Of a DNA stretch of 64,000 nucleotides, positions 22,848-36,043 are shown piece after piece. The notes under the pieces were generated by a model. That model saw nothing but the letters and a program-made list of their open reading frames with translations, did no database searches and had not been told where the DNA came from. The DNA lies in assembly GCA_964035545.1 (NCBI GenBank), contig OZ037770.1, positions 15,676,642-15,740,641 on the forward strand, written 5' to 3'. The DNA comes from Bugula neritina (taxonomy: Eukaryota > Animalia > Bryozoa). Numbering within the stretch: the stretch's first letter is position 1; each line of letters begins with the position of its first letter. Both the position numbers and the translations under genes were made by a program.

Positions 22848-25800
22848 ATGTTGAGCATGATTACTTGCGGCTTTCCTAAAAAGGTAAGCATAAGTTAGAG
22901 TGGGTTTAACCCTCCTCCACTCTAGTAATACATATCAAGTGCTTTAGTAGTGTCTCTGTTGTCCTCAATAGTTTTGTACTCATCTCTTCAGACACTCAGC
23001 TTAGCCCTGAGACGGGACTTCTCTCAGCTGTTGAAGCCAAAGTTCTCAAAGAATGTTTCAAATCCTCTTTCGAAACGCAATGCACCCAGCCTCAATAAGG
23101 TGAAGTTTTGTGTGAGAACTTGTGGCTACACTTGTTTGTAATCAGCAATACCTGGTCTTCACAAAGCTGTATTTATTCTGTATAACATACAGTGTGTTTA
23201 TAATTAGATATATTATTTCTATTTTACTTGTAACGACATGAAGCACACAACTAGTAGTTATTCTCTCCTGATGAGTGAATGAGAACACAACTGAGAAGTA
23301 ATGAAACTGCTGCATCCTTCAGGTGACGGTGAGAGGCACATCCGGTATATCTGAAGGTATCTCAATCAGAGCGCAGAATATGGTGGGCGGGTGGCTGATT
23401 GGATGTGCAGGCATGTGCTTCGGGGCTATCGTCATTGGTGGGCTGACTCGGCTGACGGAGTCTGGACTCAGCATGGTGAGTCATACTTGTGTGCAGACGT
23501 ACAGACAGACGGGCTCAGTTAGTCGCATGTCACTAGTTCAGTCATCTAGTTAGAGTATGTAGTCATAGTGTATAGTATATAGTATAGTATATAGTATGTA
23601 GTCATAGTATACAGTATATAGTATGTAGTGCTAGTATATAGTATGTAGTATGTAGTCATAGTATATAGTATGTAGTGCTAGTATATAGTGACAGTATAGA
23701 GTGTGTAGTTTATTGTCAGGTTGACTGGAAGTTATTTAAAGACATGAAACCGCCAAAGAGTGAAGAAGAGTGGATCAAAGAGTTTGAAAAGTACAAGACT
23801 TACCCTGAGTACCAGCAGTGAGTAATTCTTGTACTACCAGTCTCAGTCACTCTCAGTTAGTCTCAGTCACTCTCAGTCAGTCTCAGTCACGCTCAGTCAG
23901 TCTCAGTCACACTCTCAGTCAGTCACTCTCAGTCACTGTACACTCTGCATCCACTGTGCAGTAATATAATAATATAGTAATATATCCTACAGTATTCTGA
24001 GTTCGGGAAGGGAGATGACTCTAGCTGATTTCAAGTTCATATTCTACATGGAGTTTGGTCACAGGCTATGGGGTCGAGCTACAGGAATGGTGTTTCTTCT
24101 CCCCGCAACTTTCTTCCTTTATAAAGGCTGGATTACTAAGGCTATGAAACCCAGACTAGCCCTCTACACGACCTTAATCGGTTTCCAGGTTGGAACTCAG
24201 TCTAATAAATTGTAATATATACAGTGTATGCACTGTATAGTATGTATGATATATACAGTGTGTATTATATACGTAATATAAAGTGGTACAGTATATTATA
24301 GTATATATTCGCAGGGGTTTATGGGGTGGTACATGGTAAAGAGTGTACTAGTATATATTGGCAGGGGTTTATGGGGTGGTACATGGTAAAGAGTGTATAT
24401 TGGCAGGGGTTTATGGGGTGGTACATGGTAAAGAGGATATAGTATATATTGGCAGGGGTTTATGGGGTGGTACATGGTAAAGAGTGTATATTGGCAGGGG
24501 TTTATGGGGTGGTACATGGTAAAGAGTGTACTAGTATATATTGGCAGGGGTTTATGGGGTGGTACATGGTAAAGAGTGTACTAGTATATATTGGCAGAGG
24601 TTTATGGGGTGGTACATGGTAAAGAGTGTACTAGTATATATTGGCAGGGGTTTATGGGGTGGTACATGGTAAAGAGTGTATATTGGCAGGGGTTTATGGG
24701 GTGGTACATGGTAAAGAGTGTATAGTATATATTGGCAGGGGTTTATGGGGTGGTACATGGTAAAGAGTGTACTAGTATATATTGGCAGGGGTTTATGGGG
24801 TGGTACATGGTAAAGAGTGTACTAGTATATATTGGCAGGGGTTTATGGGGTGGTACATGGTAAAGAGTGTATATTGGCAGGGGTTTATGGGGTGGTACAT
24901 GGTAAAGAGTGTATAGTATATATTGGCAGGGGTTTATGGGGTGGTACATGGTAAAGAGTGGACTAGAAGACAAGCCCGGAGTCAACGATGTTCCCAGAGT
25001 CAGCCAATACCGACTGGCAGCACATCTCGGTACTGCTGCCGTTCTCTATTCTCTCTTTCTTTGGTCGGGAATGTCTCATCTGTTGAGAGATAAGTTTGTG
25101 AGTTTCTCCAATCTATTCTATAGTCATGTGATAGTAATATAATAATAATATAGTAATATAATAGTACAGTGTAATAAAGTAATAACCTGTAATCTACTCT
25201 ATAACTGTACTGCTAGGCAGGGGCTAGGGTACCCAACCTCAGGACTCTACAGAAAGGCGCCCACGGCGTCACTTCTCTCATATTCCTCACTCTCTTGTCT
25301 GGAGCCTTCGTGGCGGGGCTGGACGCCGGGCTGGTGTACAACACGTGGCCCAAGATGGCCGACAGGTGGATCCCGTCAGACCTGCTCGCCTACTCCCCCA
25401 CCTGGTCCAACTTCTTTGAGAATCCCACCACCGTGCAGTTTGACCACAGAATTCTGGTGAGTGTAGAGCTCAGTGGTGTCTTGTGTCGCCATCTGATTGG
25501 ACGATGAGCTATATCCAGTATTATGTGTGCACACAGGGGAAGGTGACTGTAGCCTCAGTGGCTGCCTTCTGGTTCATGTGTCGGGCAGCTCCATTACCCC
25601 CCGCAGCAAAGAAAGCATCCCACGCCCTCCTGGCTATGGCCTTCATTCAGATGTCCCTAGGAGTCAGCACTCTACTCACTCATGTAAGAAGTTACCTTCT
25701 CGCTGGTTGCACTTCTCTAAGGGAACACAATTCCCAACTGTGTTTCTCTCCACAACGCGTTTAGTTGTAATTTTGTAAATAATGTTGCTGAGTATTTTGC

Positions 25801-25905
25801 CTGTAGGTTCACACACACGTCGCCTCTACACACCAGGCTGGGGCTATCACTCTGCTCTCAATATCTCTGTGGCTCATGCATATTCTAAAGAGGATTCCTA
25901 AGTGA
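22848..25905 (+). CDS. COX15: Heme A synthase / cytochrome c oxidase assembly protein COX15
   Basis: Approx. exons: 22848-22883, 22992-23099, 23323-23475, 23720-23817, 23993-24188, 24930-25096, 25218-25456, 25537-25683, 25807-25905. Motifs: [59 protein letters not shown]. Confidence 0.96.
24296..24960 (+). repeat. 42/50-bp repeat spanning a COX15 acceptor, ~14 copies
   Basis: tatattggcag|gggtttatggggtggtacatggtaaagagtg. The last copy is the real exon start (24930). Confidence 0.96.
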
Positions 25906-27156
25906 GAGAGGATAACTCTCACAGTGTGAATACAAGAGCTGCACCATACAGCATGGCTACAGAAGAAGGGGTGTAGAGATTCCCTCTGGACTGAAACTAC
26001 AATCAGTTTAACTGAGTAAATCCGCCTCTTGGTGGTCTATAAATAGCACAGGACAGGAAACTGGTGCTACATATGCTTGTATGTAATGAGCAAACAACTT
26101 CACTGCATTGCTAAGTAATTTATTTACATTAAATATTGTGTTTTCTATCTCAAAATCAGACTGTATTTTCTGAATTTTATTATTAGTTTGTCTGTATTTC
26201 TCAGTTGTGAATCTGACTCATATTTCTAATGCTAACTCCTCTATTTTTAACTCGGTCTGTTTACTGTTACCATAGTGACAGTTTGTTGTAAATAGATTGT
26301 TTAGTGAATAGATTGAAGTATGTTTTCATATTCTTTATTGAGCAAAGAACGTAGTTAATTGGGGAGTAAAATAACAAGGAATGTGGTTGGTTGGGAAGTA
26401 TTATGTAACAAGGAATGTAGTTGGCTGGGAAGTATTATGTAACAAGGAATGTGGTTGGCTGGGAAGCATTGTATAACAAAGTTAAGGCTCAAGGCCTCTG
26501 TCTCCACTCACTAAAATGATATCATAGTGATTAGGTAACAACTCACTGACCTAGGGATGAATTGAGAGTAATCCAGGAGGGTGGATAGGGAATTATCCAA
26601 GGGGTGTGGGGTGGATTGGGAATGTGTGTAGGGGTGTGGGGTTTCAAATATTGCAAAGTATAACTTATAAAAATTGAACCTTTGTAGGTCATGTACTGAA
26701 TATGAAGTCTCCTAACAGATAATATACAATGTAGTAGAGATGTGTGTACAAATTCAATAGTGTATCACTACAGTAAAAACAACACTTTCTACACGGAGCA
26801 CCAAAAATAGGCTGCATTTCGCAGCTGAAAGTAAAAAAGAAGACAACTCTATATTACAGCATTTTCGCATGGAATGGCTAAAGTATTGAGTGTTGGCAGG
26901 GGGAATAACCTTTATATATAAGCAAAAGCTAACTGGCGCCTCAGTCTAAGAATAGCCTTGAGTTCCTAACATTTCATGGTAGGGTGGGAGTTGTGGACTA
27001 CTGACTACAGGTAGGGTAGTGACTTTGTATATTCTGTACAACATACTGTTGCTAGGCAACGCACTGCAATATTCAAACAGGAAATAGTCCAACGAGTTGC
27101 ACATACAGAATGACGTCCATCTTGCGCCACATCGGCACTGCTGTGATTGGCTACTC

Positions 27157-30100
27157 TCACAACAAACTCTCCACAACTGCGTAATACTCTTCTTTCTTTG
27201 AGTTGAAATATCTGATGTCATATATTTTCTTTCCCGACACAGGATTATGGGTAACGAATATTTGGTAATGAGTGAGAGGGATGTGGTATCTCATTTTAGG
27301 CTGAGCCCACTTGAACAGTCTGTCGGACATTGTAGTGTCGTTTAGTTTAGTGGTTAGGGGGGTGACGGGGAGGTCCCCGTCATATAAGTTTTTGTTCTTA
27401 TAGTAAACTTCATTTTTATTTCGAGTAGTTCCGCTGTGTTTATGTTCGAAGTTGTTTTCCTTTGTTCGCACTGTCAATGGAAGATGTTTCTGCATTCTAT
27501 TCATGATATCCACGTCTTCAGCCCCCCATTTGTACCCCCACCTACAAACAAAGAACTTAGTCTATACTTGCAGCTCCTCAGTGTGAAGTTAAAGTTGTGA
27601 AAAGTTTCAAATTTTCACAAAGGTGATTATAATATTTGCTATTTTCTGTTAAAAGATGCTGCAAGTTACACGACAATAGTCAATTCAGTACTCAGAAAAT
27701 TAGTAGTTTTGTTAATGAATTGGTTTGAAAGAATCCGCTACACAGGAGAAATACATTTCCCAATTGTTTGTGATAAACTTAAAGTGAGTAAACCTGGAAG
27801 TCCAGACTTACCGAGTGTCCCAGCCACCTATCGCTGCATAGTCATCAAAACAAGCGCCTATCATCCCATACCTACAGAGACAGCAAATAAAATGGTTAGA
27901 GACAAACAGACATACTAGCAGAATATGAGACAAACAGACAGATAAAACTGCTAAACGAAACACATGGGTGGAGTAGTTGGGTTGTAAGTGTTGTAATTAC
28001 TGAGACGTTTGTCTCCAAGTGCTACTCAAACAGAGCTACAAGTTTTGAAGAGGGATAAATGTGAGACTAAACACACGGCCAACCTAAACAACCACAAACA
28101 GGTAGATGACAATACTTTAGTTTGGATAGTATGAAAGTAAGTGAATGGCAAGTGGGTAACATGATAGGTGGGCATATATGCCATTCTCCTATAATCCCGT
28201 AATACCATCAGTCTATAAACTTGAAGTGAAGCACCACTTCTGCTATGTTAACGTCAATACATCGTGATCTAGCTAATTTCAGTTTATCTATCTAGGATTT
28301 GAGCTGAAGAAGCTAGCCAAGTAGATAAAAATGTTTATGAATGTTAAGGGGGCGTAGCTATCTATAAGGGGCTTTCAAAATCGGAAACGTGGCATTTTGA
28401 TATAGAGGTGAACTTTAGGTAAGACTCATACAAGTTTATAGTCACTATCCTTGTGAGAAACCCTGATAAAAGGGCTTTTGTTGAATCAGGCTAAGGACTT
28501 ATTTAGATGAGGCACAGGAGCAATTATGACTGGATGCTCTTCCTAACATCACCAATGGCCTTTACTGAGGTTTGAACCCATGACCTTGTGTTTACTAGCC
28601 TAGCACTCTAACCCCTAGATCACGGCTGCTCCCGAAACAAACTGTCGTATAATTTGTAAGTCTTTCAAATAAAACTCAACGTCAAATGAGTGGAAAGATC
28701 TCAGTGCAAGAGTGTAGGTATGAGGAGTGTTCAGAAAATCTTTAGGAATCACAAATGAATGAATCAAGTGAGGAATCAAGGAATGGCGGAGAACATGTCT
28801 GACTGTAGACTGTTAGACTGAGAACTCACCCTGTAGTCACCCAGTAACCTCCGGGATCCTTGTGTTTGTAGCAGACGGGGGCGAACGAGGACAGCCCGCA
28901 CCTCACGTGAGACCTGATGATGTCACTGAAGTTATTTGGTATAATAATACTCGTGTCAATAGAGAAGCCGATGGCGTCCTTCTGATGGCGGGACTCAGCC
29001 AGCTCCTTGGCATAATCAAAGCCTTTCTTCAGACCGATAGAGCGACTGAAGGGACCACCCAAGTAGAGGTACTTAGTGTCGACCAGAGTCGTGTGTTTAG
29101 AGAGGTCATACTTGTCCGTGTCCTTGGCCATGTCTACGACAACAAACGTCACGTGCTGTCTGTTGGTCTGGTTGTTGACAAAGGAGAGGAGACGGTCCAT
29201 ATGCACGGCATCGTTGCTGACAGCGGTGATGAGGTAGACATGACGCTTGTGCAGCTTGCCAAACTTCTTCATCGTCCAGAAGTCTTCTGCCGTCGAGCAG
29301 GAGCTGTTGACGTGGTGAAACTCAAAGGAAATGAGCTGGTTTTTGTTGGGGAAGGATGCGTGACGGTCGTACTCTGTGTCCAGCTTCCCTCCTAGCCAGT
29401 ACATACACCTGCAAGGGACATAACTCCAAATACTTGTGCTCTATAATAAGTTAATCTATTGAAAGGCATCTTGTGAATGAATTGGAAATTTGAAATAAAG
29501 AATCAAATTTCAAGCTGAGTCTTTTGTGAGTGACTAAAGGATTGAAAGGGGACGTCTTTACACAGACATTACAGTTATCCTCACCTATTGAGCTGCTTAT
29601 AGACTATGTACGTCTTTCTACTGTTGGGTTTGGAGCGTATGTTGTACCACCCGGGATTCTTGTTGTTGTAGTGGTCCAGAATAGCCTAGAAATACAGCAA
29701 TTACTCAATGAACAACCAGACACCTGCCATTGAGAATAAAGTTACATGTTATTGTGACACAGAGAGCTTGTATTTATAGAGAGCTCAATGTTTAATAGCC
29801 TTTGTCTTGAGTGTACATAACAATCCTGTTAGCATCCATTATGTTAAGCTATAGCTTCTCCCCTTACAGATTAGCCGAGTACCTGTTCAAAGTAAGCCCT
29901 GTTAGGGTGGGCCGGGTCTACCACCACCCTCTGTACAGGGTTTATGACTGGAGCACCAGTCTGCTTGTCTATCTGTATTGTCTTGCCAGTCTCATCGTAC
30001 AGTAGACTGATGTTCCACTTGGAGAATACGTAGGAGGTGAGGTTGAGCCAACGCGCGGCCCTCACTTCTAGATAACTTTCCATAAGTTCTGGGGCTACTT

Positions 30101-33100
30101 TATCCTGACAGATCTGTAGTATTATAAGTATATTATATAATATATTACATCTATTAGTATATATAATATATAACATCTATTAGTATATATAATATATTAC
30201 ATCTATTAGTATATATAATATATTACATCTATTAGTATATATAATATATTACATCTATTAGTATATATAATATATTACATAATATACTTAGTCAGTTCAC
30301 CTTCTTGTTATGCAGGACCTTGATATCGTTACAGGTAACCAGTTTCAAGTCGTGACGCTTTGCGCTAAACAGGAAGTCATAGTGATCGTTATTCTTGAGC
30401 TTGTCGTCCCAGTGTACTTTCATCAGCGTCTCTGTCTCAGCTATGAAGAACTGCTGCATCAAATCTGACCTACAGCGAGAGGTCGACAGCGTGGTGACAT
30501 TTGATTGGGCTCAGCGTATACAGAGTATACAGTCAGTATATAGTCAGTATACAGTCAGTATATAGTCAGTATACAGTCAGTATATAGTCAGTATACAGTC
30601 AGTATATAGTCAGTATATAGTCAGTATACAGTCAGTATATATTCAGTATATAGTCAGTATATAGTCAGTATACAGTCAGTATACAGTCAGTATACAGTCA
30701 GTATGCAGTCAGTATGCAGTCAGTATACAGTCAGTATACAGTCAGTGTATAGTCAGTATATAGTCAGTATACAGTCAGTATACAGTCAGTATATAGTCAG
30801 TATATAGTCAGTATACAGTCAGTATATAGTCAGTATACAGTCAGTATACAGTCAGTATACAGTCAGTATACAGTCAGTATATAGTCAGTATATAGTCAGT
30901 ATACAGTCAGTATATAGTCAGTATACAGTCAGTATATAGTCAGTATACAGTCAGTATACAGTCAGTATATAGTCAGTATATAGTCAGTATATAGTCAGTA
31001 TATAGTCAGTATACAGTCAGTATACAGTCAGTATATAGTCAGTATATAAGGGAGTATACAGTCAGTATACAGTCAGTATACAGTCAGTATATATGGGAGT
31101 ACTCATGCTGTAACAGTATTCAAAAAAAGGGGGACATTAGTTGGCTGAAAAAATAAAACTATGAAGTTACATAATTAATTTTGTCTTTAAAATTTAGCAA
31201 GCACTTTGATGAATATTCTGCCCCTTTAAAAACAAACATTTCATCAATTAAAGAACATCTTCTTGATTAGTAAGTGAATACATCTTTGTATAACGATAGA
31301 CTGCATGGTTAGCTAGTCTTATGAAACTGAACAGTATCATATGTTTGCTGCTTCTTATATATTAAATCATTCAGAGTACAAATATTCGTGTACACACAGC
31401 TCATACTTCACTGCCCTGTATTGTCCTCATTCACAATACCTTTTGTGAATGTTTCTATACCTCTTCTGTCAAATGGTCAATATTTGTTACCTTAGGGTTT
31501 AGTCAGGTGTTTACTTTAATTCAATTTAACTCCTGGGTATAATAGTACTGTAGGCTGATTAATAAAGTATCTAGTAAGCTGACACAGCCTGGCAGCATAC
31601 TGGCAGCATACTGTACTGGCAGCGTGTTGTTACCTGTCACATGTTGGTACGCTTTGGGAAGGATAGGAAGAGATGTTTGGGAACACCGTGAGCTCTCCGT
31701 TCTTGTTCATATGTATCATACCTGTAATATACAGTGTCATACCTATAATATACAGTATCATACCTATAATATACAGTATCATACCTATAATATACAGTAT
31801 CATACCTATAATATACAGTGTCATACCTATAATATACAGTATCATACCTATAATATACAGTATCATACCTATAATATACAGTGTCATACCTATAATATAC
31901 AGTATCATACCTATAATATACAGTATCATACCTATAATATACAGTATCATACCTATAATATACAGTATCATACCTATAATATACAGTGTCATACCTATAA
32001 TATACAGTATCATACCTGTAATATACAGTGTCATACCTATAATATACAGTATCATACCTGTAATATACAGTGTCATACCTATAATATACAGTATCATACC
32101 TGTAATATACAGTGTCATACCTATAATATACAGTATCATACCTGTAATATACAGTGTCATACCTATAATATACAGTATCATACCTATAATATACAGTATC
32201 ATACCTATAATATACAGTGTCATACCTATAATATACAGTATCATACCTGTAATATACAGTGTCATACCTATAATATACAGTATCATACCTGTAATATACA
32301 GTGTCATACCTATAATATACAGTATCATACCTATAATATACAGTATCATACCTATAATATACAGTATCATACCTATAATATACAGTGTCATACCTATAAT
32401 ATACAGTATCATACCTATAATATACAGTAGCATACCTATAATATACAGTATCATACCCATAATATACAGTATCATACCTATAATATACAGTACCATAGCT
32501 TATCTGTACAATACTTGAGCATCTCAATAAATATTGACAATTTGATTTGTGGTTTCAGGGAAGACTAAGTTTACCAAAAGAATCCAGAAATAAAATATAA
32601 GAAGACTTAGCGGTAAAACAAACACAATAATTAGCTGAGAAAGTGGTGGATGATTACCTTTACTCCGGGCACACTTGCCGTAGTCACATCTTAGGGGGGC
32701 GATAGCGTGGGCACCCGTCTTTATCAACTTGTCGGCCATCATCAACAGCAGGTCTTGCTGGTCGAGGGTGTAATCATCATCTGACATGAGCATATACTGG
32801 TACCCTGTAAGCATATATAAGCATATACTAGTACCCTGTAAGCATATATAAACATATGCTAGTACCCTGTAAGCATATATAAACATATACTGGTACTCTG
32901 TAAGCATTATATATAAACATATACTGGTACCCTGTAAGCATACATAAGTATATACTGGTACCCTGTAAGCATACATAAGCATATACTGGTACCCTGTAAG
33001 CATATATAAGCATATACTGGTACCCTGTAAGCATTATATATAAACATATACTGGTACCCTGTAAGCATATATAAACATATACTGGTACCCTGTAAGCATA

Positions 33101-36043
33101 CATAAGCATATACTGGTACCCTGTAAGCATACATAAGCAGATGGTCAACCAACTAACAGCCAGCTGAGCAAATCTGAAATCTTTTCACATTTAAAGCAAA
33201 CAGATGTCCACAACAAATTCAAGCAATTATTTTCTGTCAAGCCTTTCACTGATTGTTAGACTAAATAAGGGCTATAATTATAAATCAGGAGAGGCAACTC
33301 CTGATGAATAATGGATAAAGATCTATGGAGCATCACAACAATATAAATTAGCAAGCTTGTTGAAGAATTGCATGACATCTAATCAAGCAGTTGCATGTTT
33401 GTGGATGTGGGTTTAGCCCTGCCTTTATTTACACTGGGCCTCTTCACAAAATTGTTTTTTTATTTTTTCATGCATGTGAATAGAATACAGATAAACATGA
33501 ATTAGTAGAACCAGCCCCAACTCTGGTGTGTTTGTTGTGTTTTACATATCAGTTTAACTCTAGGAGTGGATATTTCAGCATGGCTTAAACTGCCAACAAT
33601 ACAACCAGTTGCTGCTGAAGTATTTGGACAAGGAGAGATTTTGGTTTTGTAATACAAGATGGAGTAAAGACCAAATAGCTTAAGAGGTGCTATGCAAACA
33701 GTGTCACACATCCTGTGTGCTAAGTAATCAAGTGAAATGCCAAGAGATAGTGTGACAGAGTAAATATGAGGCAAATGGTCATGTATGTTCACAGATACAA
33801 TTCATAGGAACTTTCAGGCAATATTATGATTTCACTTAGAAACCAACAAAACCTAGTCTGCCCTCTTTGTTCAGAGAGTATGAGTGACTTACAACAGAGG
33901 TACAGAGTACAGAGGATGTGTGAATACTGTTATAATTTGCATGTATAGCACAACCTCCTGGTGTTAAAATTCCATGTTTCTTCAAGAATCAGAGACCTCA
34001 ATCTGGAGAGTGAACAGAAAATTTAGAATAAACTTAGTAGTGGGTGAATTACTTCTTTTCATATTTCAGAATATCATCTAATCTTTAAAACTGTTCCAAC
34101 CAAACATAACTTGATAAATTTAGAAGTTTTGAAACTAAAACAAGCACTCACTAGTGTCCTAGTCTTTCCTTTTACATAATTTGATTATTAACAAATTTTA
34201 GGGGCAAAAATTGGGTGTGAACTTCTGCATATTTTAATTTGGTATACTCAACCACACTTTCTATGTGGATTACTGATATGAGTTAGCCAGCTGAATTACA
34301 TCTTAGCTAGCTGAAACTTAGTAGAATAAATACTGGTAAGAGAGAGGAGTTTAGTACCCATTCTATAGATGTGCTCCACCAAACGGTTTCTGCCGAAACC
34401 AACTCCGGAGTCGACAGGAAGTCGGATGTAGGTGATGTCATACGTCTTCGTCAGATTCTCGCTGACGCTGTCTTCAAACGAGTCATCTGCCACAAACACG
34501 GGGATGTCTGGGTAACTCTCCTTGAAGGAGGCTATGGTGGTCATCAGACACTCGGCTCTGTTGAACGTCTTTATAGCGACAGCGGTTCTCTGCAGGATCT
34601 CGTTAGGGGTTATGTACGACCCCTTCTTCAGGGGTGGCAGCGTGCTCCTGGGAGAGCTGCCAGTTATGACCAGTTTGGCAGCTGCTTCGCTCTCTCTCAG
34701 CGGTTTACTGGTCACCTTCTGTAGCTTCAGGGCAGACCTTGGTGTTGTGAGCTTCTTCGGGGTGGTTGGAGGGTCCTCAGCCGTCTTAGCTGTAACAGAG
34801 TCAGCTTTAGCTGTAACAGAGTCAGCCTTCTCTCTGACAGCCTTGAAGATCTCTCTCTCATTGGCCGGGGGTGGTTTGTGGGCGGGAATACGCACTGGAT
34901 AGGAGCGGTGCTCGTCAGGCTCAACGTACTGACGCAGCTGACGGTGGTCGACTTCCAGGAGCTCCGTCTGCACCATCGGCAGCCCGTCGCTGCTCGGCTG
35001 TTGCTGCAGCAGCAGGAGGATGTTCATGGAGAGGAGGGCGGTTATCCCTAGGAGGAAGTAGGGCACTTTCTTAGCCAGACTACAACAGAGTGTGTGGGTA
35101 CATGTACATAGCAGAGTACGTGAGTACATGAACAGAGCAGAGTACGTGAGTACATGAACATAGCACAGTACGTGAGTACATGTACATAGCACAGTACATG
35201 AGTACTTGTACATAGCACAGTACGTGAGTACATGAACATAGCAGAGTACGTGAGTACATGTACATATCACAGTACGTGAGTACATGAACATAGCAGAGTA
35301 CGTCACAGGAAGTGATATTCTACAGCTAAAGAGGAAAGTGTGGAGTCCCAAGGGACGGATATTGAAAAGGGAGTGGCTAGCGAAGGTAAATGCTCAGTCA
35401 GTCTACTTGAAGGTGATTTATGAAGTGAGATAGTAATTTATCACATCATTGACTATCTAAAAGTTTGGTGGCCAGAAATTTAAATGGTTTACCTCATCAT
35501 GATGGAAGATGGGACAGGTGTGTGCATTTGATTAACAGCTATACACTACACAGTACTTTATACACTACATTATACAGTGTGCTATACAATAAACTGTAGA
35601 GTGTAGTGTATACTACACAGTATACACTACACAGTACTTTATACACTACATTATACAGTGTGCTATACAATAAACTGTAGAGTGTAGTGTATACTACACA
35701 GACTAAGTGACTTGACTATGCTTTAGAGTTTAGACAGACAACGTTATTTAGGATGCTGACTTAGGATGCTGCCTTAGTTATAATGTCAAGCGATACCTTA
35801 ATTATTCAAGTACAAATCAAGTCATATTTAATAACTTAATTGACCAACTTCTAAGTTCAGTTTTCTAACCTAACTTACTTGCCTAACCCATTCCAGCAAT
35901 CATTTACCTACTTTTAGAGTTCATAAGTTCAATATAATCACAAGCAAGTTGCTCTTTCCAACAAGAAATATTTTAGATACTTACTTAGCCCGATCTCTTT
36001 GTATGAAGAAGACATCGCTAGTGGGACGTCTCCGCCTCCCCAT
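27157..36043 (-). CDS. Type II membrane two-domain glycosyltransferase (B4GALNT1/2-like GT-A domain plus B4GALNT3/4 / CHGN-like GT7 domain)
   Basis: Approx. exons: 36043-35985, 35079-34358, 32804-32658, 31721-31635, 30468-30301, 30114-29884, 29685-29585, 29408-28830, 27871-27812, 27541-27157; phases join in frame. Basic tail, TM and stem, then IKTFNR..VADDS..GRN..MSDDD..HYDF, then FSRSIGL..FAPV..GYW..GYG..IGGWD..WGAEDVD. Confidence 0.85.
28424..28633 (-). mobile_element. tRNA-derived SINE, copy 2 (diverged)
   Basis: Colinear with 5275-5498 (caagtttata ... gaggcacaggagcaattatgac ... gatgctcttcctaacatcaccaatggcc ... cacggctgctccc). Confidence 0.88.
30130..30280. repeat. ~26-bp intronic repeat
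   Basis: tattacatctattagtatatataata units. Confidence 0.9.
30525..31092. repeat. 11-bp intronic minisatellite (ta(c/t)agtcagta)
   Basis: Visible tandem array. Confidence 0.95.
31713..32492 (-). repeat. 21-bp minisatellite spanning an acceptor (tatta(c/t)ag|gtatga), ~37 copies
   Basis: The copy nearest the exon is the acceptor (exon from 31721). Confidence 0.96.
32790..33139 (-). repeat. ~31-bp repeat spanning an acceptor (atgcttacag|ggtaccagtatatgc), ~11 copies
   Basis: The unit includes the first exon codons (G-Y-Q-Y-M). Confidence 0.95.
35100..35303. repeat. 26-bp intronic repeat next to an acceptor
   Basis: acatagcagagtacgtgagtacatga units. Confidence 0.9.

Noticed and set aside
25904-25919. 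16-nt match to the SOD2 intron repeat (gagagaggataactct)
   Set aside because: One match of this length is roughly what chance gives in 64 kb.
28862-29395. Plus-strand 177-aa ORF (and 34371-34902, 47568-48141)
   Set aside because: Antisense shadows of real minus-strand exons.
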